Shown here piece by piece: positions 9,393 to 18,164 of a stretch of DNA of 64,000 bases. Position 1 is the stretch's first letter; each line of letters begins with the position of its first letter. Source of the DNA: an uncultured Verrucomicrobiae bacterium (GTDB lineage: Bacteria; Verrucomicrobiota; Verrucomicrobiia; Chthoniobacterales; Chthoniobacteraceae); assembly GCA_963828525.1 (NCBI GenBank), contig CAWHEP010000008.1:416001-480000 (forward strand), given 5' to 3'. The translations under genes and the position numbers were made by a program. Under the pieces are notes generated by a model that was given only the letters and a program-made list of their open reading frames with translations, was not told the origin of the DNA and searched no databases.

Positions 9393-10142
9393 ATGAAGCG
9401 GGTTTTTAACGCGACCGAGCCGGAATTAATGGATCGCCCGCAGCCTGTCTCGAAAGAGCTGGGCGTCTGTCTGCAGAATCTGGCCAGGCTCAACCGTTAC
9501 TTCGGTTCACACCTGCTCATTCGCAAATTCCTTCGAAAATGGCTGGAACCGGGCGGGAGCTACCGCATTCTGGATCTAGCCACCGGGTACGCCGATATCC
9601 CGAGAATGATTGTCTCCTGGGCAAGGCCCCGTGGGATCACAGTCAGTATCGAGGCTGTGGACAGCCACCCGTCCACTTTGGAGATCGCCCGCCAGCACAG
9701 TGGCGACTATCCCGAGATTACCTTTACCCAGGCGGATGCCCGCAGGTTCACATCGAGCCGCACATTCGACGTTGTTTGTTGCTCCCTCGCTCTTCATCAC
9801 TTTAGCGAAGAAGACGCAGTGGTACTGCTTGCTCGCATGCGCGAACTCTCCCACGACAAAGTGCTTGCAGCCGATCTGGAGCGGAATGCGTTCACCATGG
9901 CATGCGTCCATTTCGTTACCGCGTGGCGGTTCTGCGACCCGATGACGAAGGCAGATGGGCGCGCCTCCGCGAAGCGGGCTTTCTCTTACTCAGAATTGGC
10001 CGCCCTGGCTACAAGCGCTGGCTGGGAGGACTTCTGCCAAAGTCGCTTTCTCCCCGCCCGGCAGGCTGTGTGGATTGGCGGGCTTGAGGAAGGGGCGCCC
10101 CTCGATATCTGCCTTTCGCAATCGGATCTTGCGCCTGGATGA
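9393..10142 (+). CDS. Class I SAM-dependent methyltransferase
   Basis: PELMD, LARLNRYFG, ILDLATGYADIP, FDVVCCSLALHHF, DGRASAKRAFS. Upstream promoter-like TTGAAT-17-TAGTTT (9353-9381). Confidence 0.85.
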   Translation: MKRVFNATEPELMDRPQPVSKELGVCLQNLARLNRYFGSHLLIRKFLRKWLEPGGSYRILDLATGYADIPRMIVSWARPRGITVSIEAVDSHPSTLEIARQHSGDYPEITFTQADARRFTSSRTFDVVCCSLALHHFSEEDAVVLLARMRELSHDKVLAADLERNAFTMACVHFVTAWRFCDPMTKADGRASAKRAFSYSELAALATSAGWEDFCQSRFLPARQAVWIGGLEEGAPLDICLSQSDLAPG

Positions 10143-10226
10143 TGTGACCCTATGCCCCAGCCTTTGTCTCATGATGGCTGCCGGTTGTTCTAGGCACCCC
10201 AGCGTTTCCGTGCTACCGTTTCTGCG

Positions 10227-10616
10227 ATGTCGGATGCTGCATTGTCAGGAGAAGCCAGGCGCCTGCTCCTGGTGGACGATGATCAGACTGTTTGCGAAAC
10301 GATGGCCCGGATGCTGTCGCTGGATGGTCACACCGCCGAACTCGCCGCTGGCGGAGAAGAAGCCCTGGATAAGTTCGCTCCAGGCAAGTTCGACCTGGTA
10401 ATCCTGGATCTGGAAATGCCGGGGATGCAAGGGGACGAACTCGCCGCAGAGATCCGCAAAAGAGCCCCCAGCCAGCCAATTGTCCTCGTGACCGCCTACG
10501 GCGAGATGCTCAACGCGATGAAAGAGTGTCCGCCTTGCGTCGACCTCGTTTTGGGAAAACCCTTCGGTTTCGAGACGCTGAGAGTGGCTCTTGAGAAGGT
10601 TCCAAAGCGTTCATAA
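10227..10616 (+). CDS. Single-domain response regulator
   Basis: LLLVDDD, FDLVILDLEMPGMQG, IVLVTAY, KPF. Confidence 0.92.
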   Translation: MSDAALSGEARRLLLVDDDQTVCETMARMLSLDGHTAELAAGGEEALDKFAPGKFDLVILDLEMPGMQGDELAAEIRKRAPSQPIVLVTAYGEMLNAMKECPPCVDLVLGKPFGFETLRVALEKVPKRS

Positions 10617-10617
10617 G

Positions 10618-11997
10618 CTAAGGATGCCACGCCGGCAGGGCGATGCTGAATGTTGCTCCGGAGCCGGGGGCGCTACGGCAGGCGACCACTCCATTCATCG
10701 CCTCGATCATCCGCTTTACGATAGAGAGTCCCAGTCCCGTTGAGGGTTCGTTCCCGGTTGGTCGCGGACCCAACCGGGCGAATTTTTCGAAAAGATGCTG
10801 CTGGTCTGCCTTGCTCAGCCCGGGCCCTTCATCCTCTACTTCGAGCACCACTCGCTCTCCGCTCCTTAGAATCCGGATTCGCACCTGTTTCCCCGGTGGC
10901 GAGTATTTGATGGCGTTCGAAACCAGGTTCTCGATGACCTGGAATGTCGCCCTGGCATCCGCGCAGACCACCGCCTCTTCCGGCGGTTCGAACAGGATGG
11001 AGATAGTCTTGCGACCAGCTACATTCCTAAAAGTCGAAACAATCTGCCTGCTGAGTTCGACAAGGTCCAGCGGCTGGAGGTCAAAGGGAAATTTTCCCTC
11101 TTCTATGGCATTGATATCCAGCAGATTGCCTATGAGCTCCAGCATCCGGCGCGAGGTTACGATTATCTCCTCCGCGTCCGCTCGCGTCGTCTTCTCGTCG
11201 CCCGGAGAGTCGCGCATCAGAGTGGCAAGGCCTGTGATTGCCTGCAGAGGCGTTTTCAAGTCATGCGCCGCAATGCTGAGAAACTCGGATTTTTCGACGT
11301 TAAGCTTCAGTAATTGTTGCAGGGCCATCGAGAGATCACCCAGCGCCTCACTCATTTTGTTGAATGCGCGCTCCCTGCCGATTTCGAACAAGACGCCAAG
11401 CACGCACATGAAGATGGGCAAACCCAAAAAGCCCGCGGCGCTCACGAGAGGCTGGAGCGAGCCCGGATAGCGCATGGGAACTGCGATGTTCAGATATTCA
11501 AAGCGCGCGAAGACAAGTATGATGGAGAAGCAGATCGCCGCCCATATGATGCCGGCACGCTTCCCGACGAGCAGAAGCGCGCAGAGAGGCACCCCGGCGA
11601 GCCACGCGACCGCATGGCCCCGCAAGCCGCCCTCTATCGCTGAAAGGATGGTAAACCCGACTGTCAGGATAAAAGCATCCGCGTTGCCGGCGAGATCCAC
11701 CCGGGCGGTTTGCCGCAGCATCCATGGCACCGCCGCGACGCAGATACTGCATACACCGATAACCGCGGCACCCCAGTAATGCCCGATGGCAATATAGAAA
11801 ATCGCATAGAGCAGCCCGAACACAGCTCCAAGGGTGCCGAAACCAACGATCAGCTTCGCGTGGCGTGTGCTATCCGCATTCTGCCAAAGCGTGAAGGGAA
11901 TGAAGAACGCAAACAGTCCCATCTCCTCCGGCTGGGACCGCCTCCGGTCTTTGGCGGGGGCATCCCCATCGGGGGGGGGGCTCCACAGCTCCATCAT
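10618..11997 (-). CDS. Membrane sensor histidine kinase (multi-TM, HisKA + HATPase)
   Basis: About 6 TM segments, AAHDLKTPL, NLVSNAIKY, DEGPG, STGLGL. Convergent with the RR; the two stop codons are 1 nt apart. Confidence 0.92.
   Translation of the reverse strand: MMELWSPPPDGDAPAKDRRRSQPEEMGLFAFFIPFTLWQNADSTRHAKLIVGFGTLGAVFGLLYAIFYIAIGHYWGAAVIGVCSICVAAVPWMLRQTARVDLAGNADAFILTVGFTILSAIEGGLRGHAVAWLAGVPLCALLLVGKRAGIIWAAICFSIILVFARFEYLNIAVPMRYPGSLQPLVSAAGFLGLPIFMCVLGVLFEIGRERAFNKMSEALGDLSMALQQLLKLNVEKSEFLSIAAHDLKTPLQAITGLATLMRDSPGDEKTTRADAEEIIVTSRRMLELIGNLLDINAIEEGKFPFDLQPLDLVELSRQIVSTFRNVAGRKTISILFEPPEEAVVCADARATFQVIENLVSNAIKYSPPGKQVRIRILRSGERVVLEVEDEGPGLSKADQQHLFEKFARLGPRPTGNEPSTGLGLSIVKRMIEAMNGVVACRSAPGSGATFSIALPAWHP
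11971..11980. repeat. G10 homopolymer inside the 5' end of the histidine kinase ORF
   Basis: Ten consecutive G on + strand (C10 on the coding strand, read as S-P-P-P). Confidence 0.9.
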
Positions 11998-12188
11998 CTA
12001 AGGTAGGAATGGGCATTATCGTTCAACCTCGCGGTCTACCACGTTCCCTGGCCAGCATTAAACACGCTGGAAAGACGTACGTTCGCACGCAATGCCGCAA
12101 TTTCCAAGGGTTCCGCTCTCAAAGCTCCGTGTCGTTCTACCGATGCCGTCATTGAGATTGCGCGCCGGTGCTGTACAGATAGTCCAGT

Positions 12189-12827
12189 ATGAAAATACTT
12201 CTGGGCATTTGCATACTGCTCATCATCACGACGCTTTGCGCTGCATTCTTGATGGAACGTAGCAGGATCGAGGCGAGACTCGTCGCAAAAGACGCCCTTG
12301 GGGCTGTGGAGTCGGTTTTCCATGTGACTCCGACAGTCAGCATTACATCCTCCGTCGCAACTCAGATCAGTTCAGAGATCCTGGAACTTTCCACCCTGGA
12401 CAAGCAGTTCCAGCAGAAATATACCTTCGAGGAATCGTTTCTGGGCAGCACGAAGACGCTCGTCCTCAACGGTGACTACTCCGTGAAGGCCGGGTTTGAT
12501 CTGCGGGACAGATTCGCCATACAAGTGGATCAAAAAAGCGGGGCCATAGTGGCGGATTTTCCCTCCCCAAAGATCCTCTCCGTGGAACTTAAAAATCTCT
12601 CGGTAACAGAAGACCAGGATGGCTGGTGGAATAAACTGCAGCGCGAAGATCGCGCGGCGGCAGTGAACGGAATGACCGCTGCCGCCCGGCGAAGCGCTCT
12701 CCAGAGCGATATCCTCCGAGAGGCTCAGAATGCCGCGAAACACCGGTTGGAAACTTACGCGACGCCCGGGAAGCTGCGGTGGCAGATTACCTTCCGGGCA
12801 ACACACGGCAATCCGCTGCCGCAATAA
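12189..12827 (+). CDS. DUF4230-family protein
   Basis: N-terminal TM, ELSTL, GSTKTLVLNG..VKAGFDL, P.PKILSVE, ILREAQNAA. Confidence 0.75.
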   Translation: MKILLGICILLIITTLCAAFLMERSRIEARLVAKDALGAVESVFHVTPTVSITSSVATQISSEILELSTLDKQFQQKYTFEESFLGSTKTLVLNGDYSVKAGFDLRDRFAIQVDQKSGAIVADFPSPKILSVELKNLSVTEDQDGWWNKLQREDRAAAVNGMTAAARRSALQSDILREAQNAAKHRLETYATPGKLRWQITFRATHGNPLPQ

Positions 12828-12835
12828 GGAGCCAG

Positions 12836-13252
12836 CTAGTCCGCTCGGACGAGCGGTACTGGCACGCGGACGATCCGTCGCACTCTGTCCACCGTCACAC
12901 CTAGAATTGCGTTGGTCAGAAAGCCGTGGCCGTGCGTGGTCATTGCAAGAAGCTCGCAGCAGCGCTCCTCTGCCCAGCGGGCGATCTCCGCGGCTGGATC
13001 ACCATACGCGAGGCTTGCCTCCACCGCGATGCCTAATGCGGCGACGCGCTCCTCTACGGCAGCGAGATATTCCCTGTCCCTCAATACCTCGATGCTCACT
13101 GCATCCGGGCCGAACCACCGCGCGGCCCAACCGTCCGCGACGTGGAGAAGTACCAGAGTGCTGCCGAAAGCCCGAGCCAGCTCGATCACATGCTCCAGCA
13201 GAGCGTTGTCACCTTCGGTGGCGTCCAGCGCCACAAGGATTCGGTTGTACAT
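12836..13252 (-). CDS. Universal stress protein (USP)
   Basis: MYNRILVALD, GDPAAEI, LLAMTTHGHG, ILGVTVDRV. ATG 13252 is 5 nt after the mntH stop. Confidence 0.9.
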   Translation of the reverse strand: MYNRILVALDATEGDNALLEHVIELARAFGSTLVLLHVADGWAARWFGPDAVSIEVLRDREYLAAVEERVAALGIAVEASLAYGDPAAEIARWAEERCCELLAMTTHGHGFLTNAILGVTVDRVRRIVRVPVPLVRAD

Positions 13253-13257
13253 GGTTC

Positions 13258-14673
13258 CTAACCGGGCGAGAAGACAGCCATGGCACTGCGCCACGCGTCC
13301 GGCAACCCGTAGATGTCCAGCGCTGTGATGAGCAGACACGATGCCCAGCACGCGCCCGCTAAAAACCAACCGTTTCGATACGATCCCATCACGCGCTTGG
13401 AACAAGTGAACCAGAGCAGCGGGAACATCGCCAGCGGAAGCTGTATCGCCAGTACGACCTGGCTCAAGTTGAGAAGATCATTAACCCCCTTTTCTCCGCG
13501 CAAGCCGATCAATACGACAGCCGGGATGATCGCTACAGCGCGAGTAATTATTCGCCGCGCCCAGGGCCGTATCTTCCAGTCCATGAACCCTTCCATAACG
13601 ACCTGCCCGGCCAGGGTGCCTGTGATCGTGCTGCTCTGGCCGCTGGCAAGCAGCGCGAGCGCGAAGAGAGTGCTGGCAACCGCCGCCCCCAGCAGCGGGG
13701 CCAGGGTGAGATAAGCTACCTGTATCCAATCGGCGTTCAGCCCGAAGGCGATCACTCTTCCGCCCGGCAGGGTGACGCTCTCCTTGCCATGAAAAACCAG
13801 CGCCGCAAGCACAAGGATTGCGGCATTCACAAAAAACGCGACGGATAGCGCCAGCACAGAATCGAGCGTGTTAAAGCGAATTGCCCGCCGCATGGATCGG
13901 TCATCCACGCGCAACTGGCGCGACTGCACGAGCGCGGAATGCAGGTAGAGGTTATGCGGCATCACCGTCGCCCCGATGATCCCGATTGCCACGTAAATCA
14001 TGTCCTTGCTGTGGAAGAAAGCGCTGAGGCGGGGAGCAATCAAAGCGGCCCCGAGTTCGCCGGGATTCGGGGTGGTGTGCGGCAGGATAAATACCTCCAC
14101 AAAGTAACAAAGCGCCACCGTCGAGACGAGCGCGAAAATCACGCACTCTATGAGCCGCATGCCGATCCTCTGCAGCGAGAGCAGCAGCAAGACGTCGAAA
14201 GCCGTGATCCCGACGCCCGCGAGGAGCGAAATGCGAGGAAACAGCAGGTGGATGGCTACCGCGCTCCCAAGAACCTCCGCGAGGTCGCAAGCGGCAATGG
14301 CGATCTCGCAACTAATATAGTTAGGCCACCGCGTCCAGGCAGGAAGATACTCGCGGCAACACTGCGCCAAATCCTTCCCAGTCACCACACCGAGCCGAGC
14401 CGATGCTACTTGCAGGAAGATGGCCATGGCGCTGGCGAGCGCCACAATCCACAAGAGGCCGTACTTAAATTGTGCCCCGGCGCTCAGATCGGTGGACCAG
14501 TTCCCCGGGTCCATATACCCGACGCTCACGAGGAGGGCGGGGCCTGCAAAGGCGAGGTAGTGCTTCCACGAACTCGCCGAATCGGGCGGTATGCGCACCG
14601 TCCCGTTCAAACCAGCGAGGGAGGATGAGCGGCGTCGAACGGCGTTCAATGCCGGTCGCGCTAAGTTAGGCAT
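13258..14673 (-). CDS. mntH: Nramp-family divalent metal (Mn2+) transporter
   Basis: GPALLVSVGYMDPGNW, GATVMPHNLYLHS, ASGQSSTITGTLAGQVVMEGF. Confidence 0.96.
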   Translation of the reverse strand: MPNLARPALNAVRRRSSSLAGLNGTVRIPPDSASSWKHYLAFAGPALLVSVGYMDPGNWSTDLSAGAQFKYGLLWIVALASAMAIFLQVASARLGVVTGKDLAQCCREYLPAWTRWPNYISCEIAIAACDLAEVLGSAVAIHLLFPRISLLAGVGITAFDVLLLLSLQRIGMRLIECVIFALVSTVALCYFVEVFILPHTTPNPGELGAALIAPRLSAFFHSKDMIYVAIGIIGATVMPHNLYLHSALVQSRQLRVDDRSMRRAIRFNTLDSVLALSVAFFVNAAILVLAALVFHGKESVTLPGGRVIAFGLNADWIQVAYLTLAPLLGAAVASTLFALALLASGQSSTITGTLAGQVVMEGFMDWKIRPWARRIITRAVAIIPAVVLIGLRGEKGVNDLLNLSQVVLAIQLPLAMFPLLWFTCSKRVMGSYRNGWFLAGACWASCLLITALDIYGLPDAWRSAMAVFSPG

Positions 14674-14679
14674 ACCTAA
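14661..14679. promoter_or_regulatory. DtxR/MntR-family operator overlapping the mntH start codon
   Basis: CTAAGTTAGGCATACCTAA matches the DtxR/IdeR consensus TTAGGTTAGGCTAACCTAA at 15/19 positions; core inverted repeat TTAGG-CATA-CCTAA (14666-14679); lies between divergent mntH and mntR. Confidence 0.8.
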
Positions 14680-14681
14680 GT

Positions 14682-14710
14682 ATATTGCCCTATGCTAGTT
14701 TTCCTGTCAA
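14682..14710 (-). promoter_or_regulatory. Sigma70-type promoter of mntH
   Basis: Minus strand TTGACA-17 nt-CAATAT, then 8 nt to ATG 14673. Confidence 0.55.
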
Positions 14711-14722
14711 CATCGAAAATAA

Positions 14723-14751
14723 TTGTGTTCGCCAAGTGTTTCCGCTACTCT
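14723..14751 (+). promoter_or_regulatory. Sigma70-type promoter of mntR (leaderless geometry)
   Basis: TTGTGT-17 nt-TACTCT, then 6 nt to ATG 14758. Confidence 0.5.
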
Positions 14752-14757
14752 CCTCCC

Positions 14758-15195
14758 ATGCCGGCCAAGTCTCCGCCCCTCGGCCATTCTTCCGCTGTTG
14801 AGGATTACCTTGAGCGCATCCTCGGACTCATCAATTCCAAGGGCTACGCCCGGGTGGTCGACATCGCGTCAAGTCTGAAAATCTCACAGGCCAGCGTGAC
14901 CAACATGGTGCAGAGGCTCGACGGCGAGGGCTTGCTCAAGTATGAGAAATACAGGGGCCTTGTCCTCACCACCGCTGGTGAAACCCTCGCGAGGAACATC
15001 ACTCACAGGCACCATCTTCTTACCGACTTTCTCAAGTTGCTTGGAATAGATGACCAGGTCATCTATCATGACGTGGAAGGAATGGAGCATCACATCAGCA
15101 CGGAGACACTGCGCGCCATAGAAGCGCTGACTCAGTTGCTCCAGAAGCAGCCCCGCCTCCTCACCCAGATTCAAAAGCAGACCCATGCGCATTAA
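14758..15195 (+). CDS. mntR: Manganese-dependent transcriptional regulator MntR (DtxR family)
   Basis: EDYLERI..KGYARVVDIA..YEKYRGLVLT..DVEGMEHHIS, closely matching B. subtilis MntR motifs; divergent from mntH. Confidence 0.92.
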   Translation: MPAKSPPLGHSSAVEDYLERILGLINSKGYARVVDIASSLKISQASVTNMVQRLDGEGLLKYEKYRGLVLTTAGETLARNITHRHHLLTDFLKLLGIDDQVIYHDVEGMEHHISTETLRAIEALTQLLQKQPRLLTQIQKQTHAH

Positions 15196-16105
15196 GCAGA
15201 TCGATCACGCAGGCTGGGAGAATAACCTTCATCTCGCCAATGACCATGTGGAGCTGATCATCAGCCTGGATGTGGGGCCGCGGATTCTTTCCTACTCGGT
15301 TCCAGGCGGTAAAAACGTTCTTAAAAATTACCCCGAGCAACTAGGGAAAACGGGCGAGAGCGAGTGGATGATCCGCGGTGGGCACCGTTTCTGGATCGCG
15401 CCGGAGGATGAGGCACTGAGCTACGTTCCAGACAACGTCGCGGTAAAACACACGTTGCGGGAACCGAATGGCGTTCTGCTCGAGAACGCCTCCGCGGAGC
15501 CTCACCGCATAAAAAAGGAGTTGGAGGTCTCGCTCGCCGCCCACAGTTCTGAAGTCACTGTCCTGCATCGCGCGACCAACGAGGGCTCAAGCCCGATCAC
15601 GATCGCAACCTGGGGACTTACGGTCATGGCACAGGGAGGACTTGAGATCATCCCGCTGCCGCCACTTGGACAACACCCACGCGACCTGCTGCCGAACCGT
15701 CTGATGATTGCATGGCCCTATACGGATTTCTCGGATCCGCGCTGGCGTTTCGGCTGGCGTTTCATCACTCTTCGCCAGACTACGGACGGCGCTCCCACAA
15801 AATTAGGCCTCGCGCACAAGGAGCGATGGATCGGTTATCTCACGCGGGATGCCCTTTTCCTCAAAACCTTCGGCTTCGACGAATCGGGGGTCTATCCGGA
15901 TCAAGGCTGTAACTTCGAGACGTTTACCAATCCTGAGATGCTCGAAATCGAATCTTTAAGCCCTTTACGCGCGCTAAACCCGGGAGAATCCGTCTCTCAC
16001 ACTGAGAAGTGGCATCTTTTCGGTGGCATCTCGGAGCCAGACTCTCTGAAAGAGGCTGATCTCGCGGGATGGATCGAACCGTTCTTGAAAGATGCGGGGC
16101 TCTGA
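15185..16105 (+). CDS. Galactose-mutarotase-like fold protein (DUF4380-like)
   Basis: LANDHVELIISLDVGPRIL, GGHRFWIAPE, YPDQGCNFETFTN, EIESLSPL..L.PGESV.H.E.W; overlaps the mntR stop. Confidence 0.65.
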   Translation: MRIKQIDHAGWENNLHLANDHVELIISLDVGPRILSYSVPGGKNVLKNYPEQLGKTGESEWMIRGGHRFWIAPEDEALSYVPDNVAVKHTLREPNGVLLENASAEPHRIKKELEVSLAAHSSEVTVLHRATNEGSSPITIATWGLTVMAQGGLEIIPLPPLGQHPRDLLPNRLMIAWPYTDFSDPRWRFGWRFITLRQTTDGAPTKLGLAHKERWIGYLTRDALFLKTFGFDESGVYPDQGCNFETFTNPEMLEIESLSPLRALNPGESVSHTEKWHLFGGISEPDSLKEADLAGWIEPFLKDAGL

Positions 16106-16119
16106 TTCATTTCTCTTTC

Positions 16120-16599
16120 ATGTCACAGCGCATCGTTCGGGGAATCTTGCTCATTATCTCAGCCGCCTTGTTGGGATGCGCGAACGAGGAGTTCGAGGGC
16201 ATTCAATCCGCTCGGCTTGCCATGTCGGAGAGCATCAAAAGCGAACAACCCGGGGACTATTTTATCGGGAGGCGCTACTTCAAGCAGGACTATAAATTCT
16301 GGGGCTATCTCCGCCGGCCCGGCCAACCTTGGAGCACGGCAAAGCTCGTGATGTTGAACGAACAGGAGAAGCTCGCGCCGGACAGGCAGATGGGAACTCT
16401 GGGCAGTGACAACAATTACGAATACACCATATATGGTCATTTCTCCGGCCAGACCGTCTATGAACCGGCGAGCAATGGCTTCTATCCCGAATTCATCCTC
16501 GCTGGCTACGAAGTTCGTTCCGTTTCTCCGCCTTCCATCTTCCGCGACCCCGCCGCCGCTGGAGACCCCGCGCGGCGCGTCATCGCTTCTCCTTACTAG
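16120..16599 (+). CDS. Hypothetical lipoprotein
   Basis: Signal peptide with lipobox LLG-C (MSQRIVRGILLIISAALLGC). Confidence 0.7.
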   Translation: MSQRIVRGILLIISAALLGCANEEFEGIQSARLAMSESIKSEQPGDYFIGRRYFKQDYKFWGYLRRPGQPWSTAKLVMLNEQEKLAPDRQMGTLGSDNNYEYTIYGHFSGQTVYEPASNGFYPEFILAGYEVRSVSPPSIFRDPAAAGDPARRVIASPY

Positions 16600-16608
16600 C
16601 CAATCAAT

Positions 16609-17973
16609 ATGAGCCAGGCAAAGACCAGCGCGGGTCGCATGGAAAACATCGTGAGCCTCTGCAAACGCAGAGGATTCATCTTCCAATCCAGCGAAATCTA
16701 CGGCGGGCTCAATGGTTGCTGGGATTACGGCCCTCTCGGCGTGGAGCTCAAGCGCAACCTGAAGGACTACTGGTGGAGGCGCATGACGCGCGAGCGCGAC
16801 GACATTGTAGGTCTTGACGGTTCCATACTAATGAACCGCCAGGTTTGGAAGGCCAGCGGGCACGAAGACACGTTCAGCGATCCCATGGTGGACTGCCGCA
16901 ACTGCAAGGCGCGTCACCGCGCGGACCAATTGCCGGATAAGGCAGGGGAGAAATACTGTCCGAGCTGCGGCAGCCGTGACCTCACAGAGCCGCGCGCGTT
17001 CAACCTCATGTTCAAGACCTACGTGGGAGCCACGGAGGATGAGAGCGCCATCACCTATCTCCGCCCAGAGACCGCGCAGGCGATCTTCGTGCAGTTCAAG
17101 AACGTGCTCGAGACCTGCCGCAAAAAACTGCCGTTTGGCATTGCCCAGATCGGCAAGGCGTTCCGGAACGAGATAAATCCCCGCAACTTTACCTTCCGTT
17201 CACGTGAGTTTGAACAAATGGAACTCGAGTATTTCTGCAAGCCGGAGCAAGGCACAGAGCTGCTCGCTTACTGGCTTGAGGAAAGGCTCAAGTTTTATGA
17301 GGAAATTGGCATTCCGCGCGCCAGGCTGCATGTTCTCGATGTGCCCGCCGCGGACCGCGCCTTTTACTCGAAGGGCACCTACGACATTGAGTATGAGTTT
17401 CCTTTTGGAATCCAGGAGCTTGAGGGCGTCGCCTATAGGACAGATTACGACCTCACGCAGCATCAAAAGGGGAGTGGCAAGCCGATGGATTACTTCGACG
17501 AGGAGACGAAGCAGCGCTTCATTCCCCACGTCATCGAGCCAAGCGCGGGCGTGGATCGCACCGTCCTTGCTCTCATTTGCAACGCGTTTGACGAAGAAAC
17601 CGTCACGGATGAAAAGGGCAAGGCGGAGACCCGCACGGTTCTGCGATTCCACCCGCGTATCGCGCCCGTCAAGTGCGGCATATTCCCACTCCTGAAGAAC
17701 AATCCCGCGCTGGTCGAGAAGGCCCGCGAGGTTGCGGGGCTTCTCCGTCCGCACATGCTCTGCTTCTACGATGAAAGCGGAGCGATTGGCCGCCGTTACC
17801 GTCGACAGGATGAAGCAGGCACACCCTTTGGTGTTACGATCGACTTCGACACAATCGGCGAGAATGGGCCGGAACTCGCCGACACCGTTACCCTGCGCCA
17901 CCGCGACAGCATGAAGCAGGAACGCCTGCCCATCTCAGAAGTTTTGGCAAGGCTTCTGCCAGAGATACATTAG
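16609..17973 (+). CDS. glyQS: Glycine--tRNA ligase, homodimeric (eukaryote/archaea type)
   Basis: LCKRRGF, YLRPETAQ, GKAFRNEI.PRNFTFRSREFEQMELEYF, IEPSAGVDR, IGRRYRRQDEAGTP. Confidence 0.97.
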   Translation: MSQAKTSAGRMENIVSLCKRRGFIFQSSEIYGGLNGCWDYGPLGVELKRNLKDYWWRRMTRERDDIVGLDGSILMNRQVWKASGHEDTFSDPMVDCRNCKARHRADQLPDKAGEKYCPSCGSRDLTEPRAFNLMFKTYVGATEDESAITYLRPETAQAIFVQFKNVLETCRKKLPFGIAQIGKAFRNEINPRNFTFRSREFEQMELEYFCKPEQGTELLAYWLEERLKFYEEIGIPRARLHVLDVPAADRAFYSKGTYDIEYEFPFGIQELEGVAYRTDYDLTQHQKGSGKPMDYFDEETKQRFIPHVIEPSAGVDRTVLALICNAFDEETVTDEKGKAETRTVLRFHPRIAPVKCGIFPLLKNNPALVEKAREVAGLLRPHMLCFYDESGAIGRRYRRQDEAGTPFGVTIDFDTIGENGPELADTVTLRHRDSMKQERLPISEVLARLLPEIH

Positions 17974-18164
17974 CCTCCAGAGATCCGCTTCGCAGATCCT
18001 ATAACAGGATTGACGCCACGGAGTCTCTGCGGCAAATTGCATCATCGTCCCTCCTGACTCGCCTCTGGCGATGTCGTGCCAGCGATTTACCAGGCAGATA
18101 GTTCCCGCTCCATAAGGGGAATGTGGAGGCGCGATTCAGTGGAAGCGCGCTACTAATTTCTCAA

